A program made the translations under genes and the position numbers. Under the pieces are notes generated by a model, which saw only the letters and a program-made list of their open reading frames with translations, was not told the origin of the DNA and did not search any database. A DNA stretch of 64,000 nucleotides from an uncultured Bacillota bacterium (GTDB lineage: Bacteria; Bacillota_I; Bacilli_A; RFN20; CAG-826): contig OX437086.1 in NCBI GenBank assembly GCA_949299565.1, positions 102,919 to 166,918 of the forward strand, read 5' to 3'. Positions 19,016 through 27,608 of this stretch are shown here, piece by piece. Within the stretch, counting starts at the first letter, position 1, and every line of letters starts with the position of its first letter.

Positions 19016-21629
19016 TTTCTTCCTCCTTAGCTGGATATTGCATTGTAATGCAGTGAATTCCACCGCCTCCTAATAGAATTTCGCGGGCATCGATTTGAAT
19101 AATTTCTTTCGTCGGAAACAGCAATTTTAATTTTCTATAAACGACGCTATCTTCTTTCACGTTGAATTTAGGTGCGATAACAAACTTTTCGCCTTGATAA
19201 AAATTGATATAGGAAGCTGCTAAACGCCGCCCCCCTTTTCTTTCATCGAGGGTGGATGGCATTTTGCTCAATTCGCGAGCAGTTTCTTCAGACATATATA
19301 AAGGCGTAGCGGGTAACGGCAATTTATGAATTTTTAAATGACGTCCTTTCGCGTCTTTTGCTTTCTTTAAGGATAGATATGTTGCTTGGCAATATGCATA
19401 CTGTGGATCGTCTTGATTATCCGTCCAAGCCATCACCACTTCTCCCGGTTTAACGAAAGCCACCATGTTATCAATGTGCTCATCTGTTTCATCGTTATAA
19501 ATTCCGTGAGGTACCCAAATAACTTTCTGAACACCTAAATATTCTTGAAGAATTTCAACGATTTCTTCGCGCCGCAAAGTAGGGTTACGACCTTTCGACA
19601 ATAAACACGCTTCAGTCGTTATAAGCGTCCCCTCCCCGTCAACAATGATGGAGCCGCCTTCTAAAACAAAGGAAGGATGAACGTAAGACATGAGTTTAAA
19701 ACGTTTAGCGATTAAGGACGAAAGGCGATCATCATCGCGATAATTTCGATATAAGCCATTATAGGCTCCGCCCCAGGCATTAAAGCGGAAATCAACAGCG
19801 CGAATTTGCTGACCATTGCTTACAAATAAAGGCATATTGTCACGAGCCCAGGCGTCGTTGTAGCGCACCGAAAAAGTTCTGACGTTTTCTAAGTAATTAA
19901 ACAAAGGAGCCACCTGCTTATAGATTGCGGGATGAATGCCGACCTCTACTTCTTCGTATTTAGCAATCGCTTTGATCACTTCATAAAAGGCTTTCTTTGC
20001 AGGCTCGGCTTTTTGCCGCCAAGTATCGGGACGATAAGGCATCAAAATCAAAGTCCGTTGATGTTTCTCTCCTTCAAAAGGCAAGCGATAACCATCCATC
20101 GTCGGCAAAGTCTTGCGGCTATTTCTATAGTCTTTAAGACGTTTTTCATAAACGCTATAACGTTTCCATTTATTTCGATCAATCACCTGAAATTTGTCTT
20201 TATAACTTGAGTGCAATGTAACTCCCGTTTTTTGATAATGGATTACTCGCTCGATTAACTCGCGTGTCCAAACTTCACCGGGAACGATAAGCGGAATACC
20301 GGGCGGATACATCATGACTTGCTCATGTGATATTTCGCCATCTAATTCTTCAAGCGGAAGTAGTTTCCCAGGAGCCTGAAAAGCAACCCGCGGACGGACT
20401 AACATAAACGGAAAGGAGCTGTCGAAAGGATGATACGGGTAAACGACATGCTTCTTATAATGTTTTAAAGAAATCTCTTTTAAAGCAGTTACTAATTTAT
20501 CAATGTGTTCTTTTTTAGTCCCTAATGAAAGAATTCCTAAAACAGCATACGTTTCCGCTAATTCCATTTGAACGTGGTATTTGTTGCGCAACAGCCGATA
20601 AACCTCAAAGCCGTCGATATCAAGAGAATCAAGCCCGATCACCAATTTCAGTTCATCGTATGCAATCGCGCCGTGCTTTAAAAAATAATCGCAATCTTTG
20701 ACGATGAAACCCGGAATCTTTTTTATTTCTTCGCGAGCATAATTGGCCAAAGAATAAACTTCCACTAATTGCTTTTTGCCCTCTTCGCTATCCATATATG
20801 CCCGTGCTCCATCTAAAGAGGCAAGAAGCAAAGATGATGGCGACGTAGTGTTTAAAATATTTAAGGCTGTTTGAACTTCCTCGCGGCGATATCGCTCCTC
20901 CTTCATTAAAAGAACAGAGGACTGAGTTAAAGAACCTGCAGTTTTATGAAAGGAAACGGAAGACAAATCAGCTCCGGCCTCCATCGCTGTCAAAGGTTGC
21001 TTGTTTAAATAAAAATAATAATGAGCGCCGTGTGCTTCATCGACTAAAACACTCATGTTATGAGCGTGCGCAAAATCTGTAATTTCTTTCAAATCGCCAA
21101 TGGCGCCAAAATAAGTAGGATTAATCAAGAAAATCGCTTTCGCACTCGGATTCCTAGCAATTGTTCTTTTCCAGTTTTCGAGAATCGGCTGATGAGCGAT
21201 TTCTAAATCACCATCAATTTCAGGCATTACGTATATCGGAATTGCTCCCGATAAAATCAAAGCATTTATCACTGATTTGTGGACGTTTCGTGGAAGAATC
21301 ACTTTATCTCCCGCCTGAAGAGCGACTAAAAACATCGCTAAAATGCCGCTTGAAGTTCCGTTAATTAACGGAAAGGCCCAATCAGCATGACAAGTTTCAG
21401 CGATTAAGGATTCCATCTCAAACAATACTCCACTAGGATGAGCAAGATTGTCTAATCCCAGAGGGGCGTTCACATCTAATTTATAAAGGTGATGTCCTAA
21501 CAATTCAGTCGCGGGATTTTTTATATTCCCCATGTGATGACCAGGGACATCGAAAGGAGCGGGACTTTCCCTCTCATACTTTTTTAAAGCTTGAAGGAAT
21601 GGTGTTTTTTCTTCTGAGAGTTTTGCCAT
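19008..21629 (-). CDS. Fusion protein: N-terminal PLP-dependent arginine decarboxylase (SpeA, Orn/Lys/Arg decarboxylase family) plus C-terminal agmatine deiminase (AguA)
   Basis: Residues 1 to about 490 align in pattern with Bacillus SpeA (FDVPGHH.., IPRNVHKSV, VDEAHGAH, PLP-lysine motif SFHKTAGSLTQSSVL, MVYPPGIPL). Residues about 500-873 carry agmatine-deiminase motifs (WARD, FRFNAWGG, LEGGSI.VDGEGT, terminal GGGGIHCITMQ with catalytic Cys). Confidence 0.8.
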   Translation of the reverse strand: MAKLSEEKTPFLQALKKYERESPAPFDVPGHHMGNIKNPATELLGHHLYKLDVNAPLGLDNLAHPSGVLFEMESLIAETCHADWAFPLINGTSSGILAMFLVALQAGDKVILPRNVHKSVINALILSGAIPIYVMPEIDGDLEIAHQPILENWKRTIARNPSAKAIFLINPTYFGAIGDLKEITDFAHAHNMSVLVDEAHGAHYYFYLNKQPLTAMEAGADLSSVSFHKTAGSLTQSSVLLMKEERYRREEVQTALNILNTTSPSSLLLASLDGARAYMDSEEGKKQLVEVYSLANYAREEIKKIPGFIVKDCDYFLKHGAIAYDELKLVIGLDSLDIDGFEVYRLLRNKYHVQMELAETYAVLGILSLGTKKEHIDKLVTALKEISLKHYKKHVVYPYHPFDSSFPFMLVRPRVAFQAPGKLLPLEELDGEISHEQVMMYPPGIPLIVPGEVWTRELIERVIHYQKTGVTLHSSYKDKFQVIDRNKWKRYSVYEKRLKDYRNSRKTLPTMDGYRLPFEGEKHQRTLILMPYRPDTWRQKAEPAKKAFYEVIKAIAKYEEVEVGIHPAIYKQVAPLFNYLENVRTFSVRYNDAWARDNMPLFVSNGQQIRAVDFRFNAWGGAYNGLYRNYRDDDRLSSLIAKRFKLMSYVHPSFVLEGGSIIVDGEGTLITTEACLLSKGRNPTLRREEIVEILQEYLGVQKVIWVPHGIYNDETDEHIDNMVAFVKPGEVVMAWTDNQDDPQYAYCQATYLSLKKAKDAKGRHLKIHKLPLPATPLYMSEETARELSKMPSTLDERKGGRRLAASYINFYQGEKFVIAPKFNVKEDSVVYRKLKLLFPTKEIIQIDAREILLGGGGIHCITMQYPAKEEENA

Positions 21630-21638
21630 AAATGAATT

Positions 21639-22430
21639 CTAGAGGAGTCCTAAAGCATAGAATGCTCTAGCGATTCCATCATCATAAACATTAGGAGCAA
21701 TATAGGCAGCCTTTCTTTTTAATTCCGGCTTTCCGTTGCCCATGCAAACAAAATTTCCGACATGCGAGGCTAAAGATAAATCTTGTAAATCGTCGCCGAA
21801 GCCAATCGCGTCTTCTTTCTTCAAACCATATTCTTCAAGAATCAAAGAAAGACCCGGTCCTTTTTCGTGAGGGACAGAAGAACAATCGACGCCGTCTTCG
21901 AAGAAACGTGAGAATTTTAAGTCTGGATTATAACGTTCCAGACGATCGTCTTCCTCCTCCCGACAAAAAAGATTCAAGCCTATCAGCTCTTGTCCGTTAT
22001 AAGTTTCGCGTGGCGGTTCGGCTTGAAAATAGATTTCATAAAATCTTTTTCGCGAATCGTTATTTGCCGTAAGCGTATAACGTTCAAGCGGGCCGATTCC
22101 TTCGACAGAAATCTTATTTTCCTCGCAATAATTCAATAATTTCTTCACCACCGAAGGAAGGATCAGTGTTTTCTTCAAATATTTGCCTTTTGCAAAAACA
22201 ACCCCGCCCGCGGAAGCGACATAACCATCGAAGCGAATTCCTAGATCAAGCGTTCCCAATCTTTTAAAGGAGTCATAATCGCGAGCCGTGCAAAGAAAAA
22301 AAGGAATTTCCGGATGCAGTTTTTGAAATTTCTTCAATGTTTCCACCATTGAAAGTGGGAACTCCTTCTTTTGATGGTCAAAAAGCGTCCAGTCAATATC
22401 GAAGAAGAAGCAACGCGGGAATGGTGTCAT
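21639..22430 (-). CDS. HAD-superfamily Cof-type sugar phosphatase
   Basis: FFDIDWTLF motif I, C-terminal GDDLQD motif. 4-nt overlap with the upstream glycosidase gene. Confidence 0.7.
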   Translation of the reverse strand: MTPFPRCFFFDIDWTLFDHQKKEFPLSMVETLKKFQKLHPEIPFFLCTARDYDSFKRLGTLDLGIRFDGYVASAGGVVFAKGKYLKKTLILPSVVKKLLNYCEENKISVEGIGPLERYTLTANNDSRKRFYEIYFQAEPPRETYNGQELIGLNLFCREEEDDRLERYNPDLKFSRFFEDGVDCSSVPHEKGPGLSLILEEYGLKKEDAIGFGDDLQDLSLASHVGNFVCMGNGKPELKRKAAYIAPNVYDDGIARAFYALGLL

Positions 22431-24187
22431 AGTTTTTCTCCTTTAAAAGAATTTGCAAATGCAATATTAACGGCCCTATTTAATTTCGCAAGTCTTACGG
22501 CAGAAATCTTTATCTCGCGGTCATAAGTCAATAAGCCATTCACTTCTTCCTCAACATCATTCAATTGTGTATAGACATAAAGCGTTAAAGCTTCTTTTTC
22601 GATGAGAAGCAATAACTTTGCGTAAATTTTTCTTAAGCCCTCTTCTAACAAATCAATATTTTTATACATGCGATAACCAAAGGATTTGGATGAATAAAGG
22701 TGTCCTTTAATTCGGCAAGAATAACCGCCGAATTCCGAAAGCGCCAAAAGCCTCTGCCCATCATTTCTCATTTTTAAAGGCTTGAAGTAAATATGCTCGG
22801 ATTTAAAATCCCCGACTCTTTTATCGAACCAGCCAGAAGAAGCGTCCACTAAACGCGTCGAGTCTAATTCTCGTACCTTTTGCAAAAGCCTTTCGGTGTC
22901 ATATTGTCCCCACCCCTCATTAAAAAGAGTCCAAGAAACTAAAGAAGTTACTTTTCTTAGATAATCTATGGTCTTTTCCATATCGCTTTCAAAGCGAGAA
23001 CGTGACTTTAAACTTCCGCGTCCTAATTTCTTATTGTTGTGATCAGAAAGATTGAAGCCTAAAAACGGGGCGACCATCGTTGCCGTTTTCGAATATTGAC
23101 TTCCGGAATTAACGAAATCCTGCATCACAAGGATTCCCATCAAATCGCAATAATAATAAAAACGCGGATGCTCGATCTTTATGTGCTTGCGCAATAAATT
23201 GAAGCCTGCTTCTTTCGCGTATTTTATGTCAAAAATCAAAGCTTCCTGGCTTGGAGGAGTCATTCCGCCATCTGACCAATAACCTTGGTCTAAAAGACCT
23301 CTAAGAAGTAACGGCTTGCCATTTAAAGCAAAGACTTTCTTTCCATCTTTTCTCACTAAAATCTCGATTTTTCGAAAGCCAAAGATCGTTTTGAATTTAT
23401 CATCGTTCGCTTCAATTAAAACCTCGTAAAGATACGGGTCATCCGTCGACCATTCATGAAAGAAATCATGAAAATCAATCAGAGCTTCATCAGTCGCGAA
23501 TTCATTCTGAAAAAGAAATTCGCCATCATGGTATATGGAAATCTTCAACGAATTGATTTTCCCTTCAAAGGCAACGTTAACCTTTAAACTTTTCTTCTCG
23601 TAAATAGGCGAAAACTGAAAAGAAGTTACATAACCATCGTCGGGAACCACCTCGTAATAGACGTCTTGCCAAATCCCGCTTGTCTCCTGATAAAAAATTC
23701 CACCCGGTCTCTTCGACTGTTTGCCGCGCATAAAAGAAGGATCGTCAATATCATCTCGAACAATCACGTAAATTTCGTTTATTGAATTTTCCACTTCTAG
23801 AGGGACAAAAAAGGGCAAGTAGCCACCCTCGTGATGAAAAACGTGTCTTTTATTACAATAAATATCTGCGATTTGATCGACGGCCAAAAAGTGCAAAAGA
23901 ATCTTTTTATGAAGAAGCGAAGGCGGAAATACGAGGCTTCGTCGATAATGCAACAAAGAAGATTTTGCTTTTGTCTTTTTGATTCCGCTTAAGGAAGTTT
24001 CGGGGGCAAACGGCACGCGAATCTGCGTTTTAAATTCCTTTAAAAAGGTCTCATCATCAGCATAAGCAAAATCCCAAAAACCATTGAGACTTTGAAAATT
24101 TTCGCGTTCAAAATAAGGGTTAGGATGCCCTTCTTTCATTTCCTTCCCTTCTAAGATTTCTCTTCCCCACTTCGTCAACAAATCCAT
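22427..24187 (-). CDS. Clan GH-A glycoside hydrolase, GH2-like
   Basis: Sugar-binding-like N-terminal domain, TIM-barrel signature NLLRKHIKIEHPRFYYYCDLMGILVMQDF (compare NxxRxSHYP...CDxxGxxV) and a putative acid/base NE in WTLFNEGWG. The assignment is by motif only. Confidence 0.5.
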   Translation of the reverse strand: MDLLTKWGREILEGKEMKEGHPNPYFERENFQSLNGFWDFAYADDETFLKEFKTQIRVPFAPETSLSGIKKTKAKSSLLHYRRSLVFPPSLLHKKILLHFLAVDQIADIYCNKRHVFHHEGGYLPFFVPLEVENSINEIYVIVRDDIDDPSFMRGKQSKRPGGIFYQETSGIWQDVYYEVVPDDGYVTSFQFSPIYEKKSLKVNVAFEGKINSLKISIYHDGEFLFQNEFATDEALIDFHDFFHEWSTDDPYLYEVLIEANDDKFKTIFGFRKIEILVRKDGKKVFALNGKPLLLRGLLDQGYWSDGGMTPPSQEALIFDIKYAKEAGFNLLRKHIKIEHPRFYYYCDLMGILVMQDFVNSGSQYSKTATMVAPFLGFNLSDHNNKKLGRGSLKSRSRFESDMEKTIDYLRKVTSLVSWTLFNEGWGQYDTERLLQKVRELDSTRLVDASSGWFDKRVGDFKSEHIYFKPLKMRNDGQRLLALSEFGGYSCRIKGHLYSSKSFGYRMYKNIDLLEEGLRKIYAKLLLLIEKEALTLYVYTQLNDVEEEVNGLLTYDREIKISAVRLAKLNRAVNIAFANSFKGEKL

Positions 24188-24202
24188 GACTTTGATATTA
24201 TC

Positions 24203-24229
24203 AAAAAAAGAGGGACAAAGAACGTCCCT
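24203..24229 (-). terminator. Rho-independent terminator after hsp20
   Basis: Minus strand AGGGAC-GUUCUUU-GUCCCU followed by CUUUUUUUG. Confidence 0.6.
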
Positions 24230-24252
24230 CCTTTATAATCAATCAATAAATT

Positions 24253-24675
24253 TTATTTGATGGCAATTTGGCTGCCGCTTTCTTCCTCTGGCTTTCGCTT
24301 TGGGAAGGAAAGGGTCAAAATGCCGTCTTTGAAGGAAGCCTCCACTGTTTTAGGATCAACGTCTCCGACATAGAAGGTCCGCTGCGAAACGCCAGCAAAG
24401 CGCTCGCGATGGATATAGCCCTTCTTCTCATTGTGTTCTTTCTTAAGCGAGGCTTTAATCGTCAAATACCCGTCTTTGAGTTTAACGTCCACATCCTCCT
24501 TATTGATGCCGGGCAATTCAACCTCCATCAAATAATTGTCGCCTTCTGTTGAGACGTCAGTCCGCATTTCAAGAGAAGAATAACTTTCGTTCTCGTCAAT
24601 GAAATCTGGAGCGAAGAAGTCGAAGAATGAGTCAAGCAAGTCACCGTGACGATAAGTTGTTAAATTGTTTTTCAT
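24253..24675 (-). CDS. Small heat-shock protein, Hsp20/alpha-crystallin family
   Basis: Alpha-crystallin domain (..VDV.L.DG.L.I.A...). Start refined to ATG 24675 (AAGGAGGT 8 nt upstream). The track start at 24699 would lie inside the CIRCE operator. Confidence 0.85.
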   Translation of the reverse strand: MKNNLTTYRHGDLLDSFFDFFAPDFIDENESYSSLEMRTDVSTEGDNYLMEVELPGINKEDVDVKLKDGYLTIKASLKKEHNEKKGYIHRERFAGVSQRTFYVGDVDPKTVEASFKDGILTLSFPKRKPEEESGSQIAIK

Positions 24676-24692
24676 AAAGAATACCTCCTTGA

Positions 24693-24719
24693 TTAGCACT
24701 CTCTATTCTCAAGTGCTAA
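24693..24719 (-). promoter_or_regulatory. CIRCE operator (HrcA binding site) upstream of hsp20
   Basis: TTAGCACTC-N9-AAGTGCTAA versus the consensus TTAGCACTC-N9-GAGTGCTAA (one mismatch). Sits directly 5' of the hsp20 ribosome-binding site. Confidence 0.7.
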
Positions 24720-24738
24720 TCATATGATAGAACGCTTT

Positions 24739-24765
24739 TTAGCAGTGTCAATAGCCAACTGCTAA
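24739..24765 (-). promoter_or_regulatory. Second CIRCE-like inverted repeat, 19 nt upstream of the first
   Basis: TTAGCAGTG-N9-AACTGCTAA, a perfect 8-bp inverted repeat with the CIRCE half-site variant TTAGCAGT, which is also seen at clpB. Confidence 0.55.
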
Positions 24766-24784
24766 TTTTTTTAACAAAAGAAAA

Positions 24785-24802
24785 CCTCCCGTTTCTGGGA
24801 GG
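24785..24802 (-). terminator. Rho-independent terminator ending the opp / M6-protease / membrane-protein transcription unit
   Basis: Minus strand CCUCCC-AGAAAC-GGGAGG followed by UUUUCUUUUGUU. Confidence 0.65.
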
Positions 24803-24831
24803 TGAGAATCAAGAATTCTTGACTTCAATTA

Positions 24832-25299
24832 TCAATTATTTTTCTCGCGAAGACCTTTAATCCCGAGATAAAGGGCTAATAACGCACCGACGATTGCAAA
24901 CGCACCGCTTAAATAAAGTCCGTATCCCATGCTCAAACTTGCGCCAGGCAAGAAATCGGGAGCCACAAAAAGTCCTAAGAAGAACAAAACCCCTGTTACT
25001 AAAAGCAAAAGTCCGCTCACAAAATGGAGAAATCCAGCAAACTTGTGTCCTTGTCCCCAACTGAAGAAAAGGGCTAAAAGGATGAATACCGCACTGATAA
25101 TCGGGAGAATAAACATTGCCACATAAGCCGGCGTCGCATCCACGTGATTAGCAGAATTGCCGAAAACCAAATCGTAGATTGCAAAATTCTCATTAGCGTT
25201 GCTCGTTAAAGCGGGGGCTAACATTGTGAGGAAAATTGACAAAGTTAAAACAAGAACAACGATGCCAAGGATTCCGAATGTTGATGATTTTTTCTTCAT
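24832..25299 (-). CDS. Hypothetical small polytopic membrane protein
   Basis: 155 aa, 4-5 predicted TM helices, Lys-rich N-terminus. Last gene before the terminator. Confidence 0.45.
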   Translation of the reverse strand: MKKKSSTFGILGIVVLVLTLSIFLTMLAPALTSNANENFAIYDLVFGNSANHVDATPAYVAMFILPIISAVFILLALFFSWGQGHKFAGFLHFVSGLLLLVTGVLFFLGLFVAPDFLPGASLSMGYGLYLSGAFAIVGALLALYLGIKGLREKNN

Positions 25300-25351
25300 A
25301 TATTATTTATCCTTTTCATTAACCTAAATGATTTTAATCGTCTCTTAATTT

Positions 25352-26905
25352 CTATTCAACATTCCATGTGTTGTCACTGATGGTAATTGTAATTCCGTCT
25401 TCGCCCATATTTGAGAAAGAAATCTCATAATTGGAACGAGTCCCGTCATTGAAATAAGGGCCTTTGGGGAAGGAAGAACTATATCTCGCTAACGAAAAAA
25501 CATCGCCGTTTTGAAAAAGCGAAGAGTTATCCGCGAATTCATACATTTCATGGAATGCTCTTTTTCTGGTAGCGTCCATCATTTGAATGAGCGTATGTCC
25601 GCTTTCTTCGCCATGCACCTGATCATAGTAACTGCGAGACGGAGAATTGGAATTAGCCACAACAGTCAAGCCACCGTTATCAGAAGAATAAGGACGATCT
25701 ACTTCAAAAACGGCAAAATATCCTTCTTCGCCGCTCGGCTCTAATGCGTATAAAGAAGCATCGACGTGATAGATGCGAACGCCGCTCTCTGTGAAGGCTT
25801 GAGGTCCGGATTGAGCATAATATCCATAATGAGCATCCATGTAGTTATTTGCCTCCGGCGTGTAATATTCAAGAAGCAAATATTCGTCAAAAGCCGAACC
25901 GTTCCAACTTGAACCAGTCGGAATCAATAAGGCATCGCCAGTAGTCGCGCTGGGACGGAGGCGAATTGAACCGGGTTTATCGACATAATATGGATAAATC
26001 CATCCCAGTGAAAACTTCGAAAAAGCGTTATGATCAATGATGTTATAATCCATCATATCAACGGCGCCCATCGGAGCAATTTCTCCACCGCCATCATAAT
26101 AATCATCAAGGCCCAAAAGGTGACCCGTTTCATGAATATAGGTGTGGGTATCAATGGCGCCGCGATAAGCTTGATACATAAAGTCGTATGAAGCCCATGA
26201 AAAAGATTCAACCATCATCGGCGCGGTATGATAATATGTGTTCCAATAAGTAAAGGCCCAAAATAAATCAGATAAAGAAGTATTATTTTGATGATTCGGA
26301 GCGCTATAAATGAGCCAAACAGAATCGACGATATTGTCGTTGTTGCTATCGAATTCGCTGAGATCGCTGCCTGTCACATCGGCGTAATGAGCAAGCGCTT
26401 CATCAGCCAAAAGCGAAATTCCTTCTGCAGTCTGAACACTCCCGGCACCCGTAACATTATTCATGTAATCAAGTTCTGAAGTTGTATAGCCGCAGTCATA
26501 CCAATCCGCCACTACTCCATCAATATGCAACTGATTGAAGGAAGAAACTTCATAGAAGCGAGAAACTGAAAGCCAAGCCACCTCATCATCATTACCAAAA
26601 AAAGCTTTTCCCAAATCAGATTTGATGCTAGTTTGCTCACTGACGCTTAAAGGATAATCCTCCACAATGATTGGAAGAACCAAGATTTTGGAATCGCCAG
26701 TCGCGGGGAGCGGCGTTTGCTGAGACGACGTTTTAAAGTCTCCATAGGTGAACGGCGTTTCAACTGGTCGGTAATCGCCTTCGGCTAAAGAACCCGGAAG
26801 CGAAACGTATGGTATCGAATAGCCGGGATTAAAGATATTGAAATTACAAGAAGATAACGAAAGAAGCGAAAGAGAAGCCAATAAAACGATAAATTTATTT
26901 TTCAT
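25352..26905 (-). CDS. Surface lipoprotein, M6 (immune inhibitor A)-like zinc metalloprotease, copy 1
   Basis: Lipobox LSSC. HETGHLLGLDDYYD matches the M6 HExxHxLGLxDxYD zinc site. Conserved VDMMDYNIIDHNAFSK shared with the paralog at 37256. Start refined to ATG 26905 (MKNKFIVLLASLSLLSLSSC). Confidence 0.65.
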   Translation of the reverse strand: MKNKFIVLLASLSLLSLSSCNFNIFNPGYSIPYVSLPGSLAEGDYRPVETPFTYGDFKTSSQQTPLPATGDSKILVLPIIVEDYPLSVSEQTSIKSDLGKAFFGNDDEVAWLSVSRFYEVSSFNQLHIDGVVADWYDCGYTTSELDYMNNVTGAGSVQTAEGISLLADEALAHYADVTGSDLSEFDSNNDNIVDSVWLIYSAPNHQNNTSLSDLFWAFTYWNTYYHTAPMMVESFSWASYDFMYQAYRGAIDTHTYIHETGHLLGLDDYYDGGGEIAPMGAVDMMDYNIIDHNAFSKFSLGWIYPYYVDKPGSIRLRPSATTGDALLIPTGSSWNGSAFDEYLLLEYYTPEANNYMDAHYGYYAQSGPQAFTESGVRIYHVDASLYALEPSGEEGYFAVFEVDRPYSSDNGGLTVVANSNSPSRSYYDQVHGEESGHTLIQMMDATRKRAFHEMYEFADNSSLFQNGDVFSLARYSSSFPKGPYFNDGTRSNYEISFSNMGEDGITITISDNTWNVE

Positions 26906-27608
26906 TTGTTTTCGTCTCAATAACATAATCAATCGGGTTGCCGAATTCATCTAATTCTAATGGATGTGGGTCATAGTCCGTCTGCGAAGAAATATAGGCC
27001 ACCATCACAGCATAGACGCTGAAGGCCAAAGAAGAATAGACGCCGAACCAGTAATTCAAATCACCGCCTTGACCGAAGGCATCCAAAATCGGGTAACCAA
27101 ATAACCAGCCGAGGAAATAGAAGGTAATCATTAACCCTGCTGAAATCTTAAACCAAATATCGGCATCGCCCACAAGCGCTTTCCGCACATAGAGAATCAA
27201 TGAGGTGAAAGAAAAGAACGCGGCGATGAAGAAGAAAGCGCTGGAACCATTATTTTTCACAAGTTGCAATACAAGGCCTACGCTTAAAGCATAGGCAAAA
27301 ACCAAAGCGCCAAATAAAACAATCCACAAAATGTGCGTGGCATTTTTGCGATAAAGCAAATCAACAAGGAAAAAGACAAGGAAAACCAACGCAAAAGACA
27401 TCGTGACATTGAAAGTGATAATTTCTGGAGTCGCCATATTAATCGCGCCAGTCACGCCAAGTAAGATGAAATAAAGAACATCGAGCAACAAAGCGATTGC
27501 CGCAAAAAGACAATGTCCGTCAAAAACCGGACGATATGTACGCCCGTGCCAACGAATCGTCAAGACATCGCCAAGTCGATGAAAGAAAAATGAAATGCGA
27601 TCTTTCAT
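26895..27608 (-). CDS. Hypothetical polytopic membrane protein co-transcribed with the opp genes
   Basis: 237 aa, about 6 TM helices. 4-nt overlap with oppF and 11-nt overlap with the M6 gene. Confidence 0.45.
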   Translation of the reverse strand: MKDRISFFFHRLGDVLTIRWHGRTYRPVFDGHCLFAAIALLLDVLYFILLGVTGAINMATPEIITFNVTMSFALVFLVFFLVDLLYRKNATHILWIVLFGALVFAYALSVGLVLQLVKNNGSSAFFFIAAFFSFTSLILYVRKALVGDADIWFKISAGLMITFYFLGWLFGYPILDAFGQGGDLNYWFGVYSSLAFSVYAVMVAYISSQTDYDPHPLELDEFGNPIDYVIETKTNEK

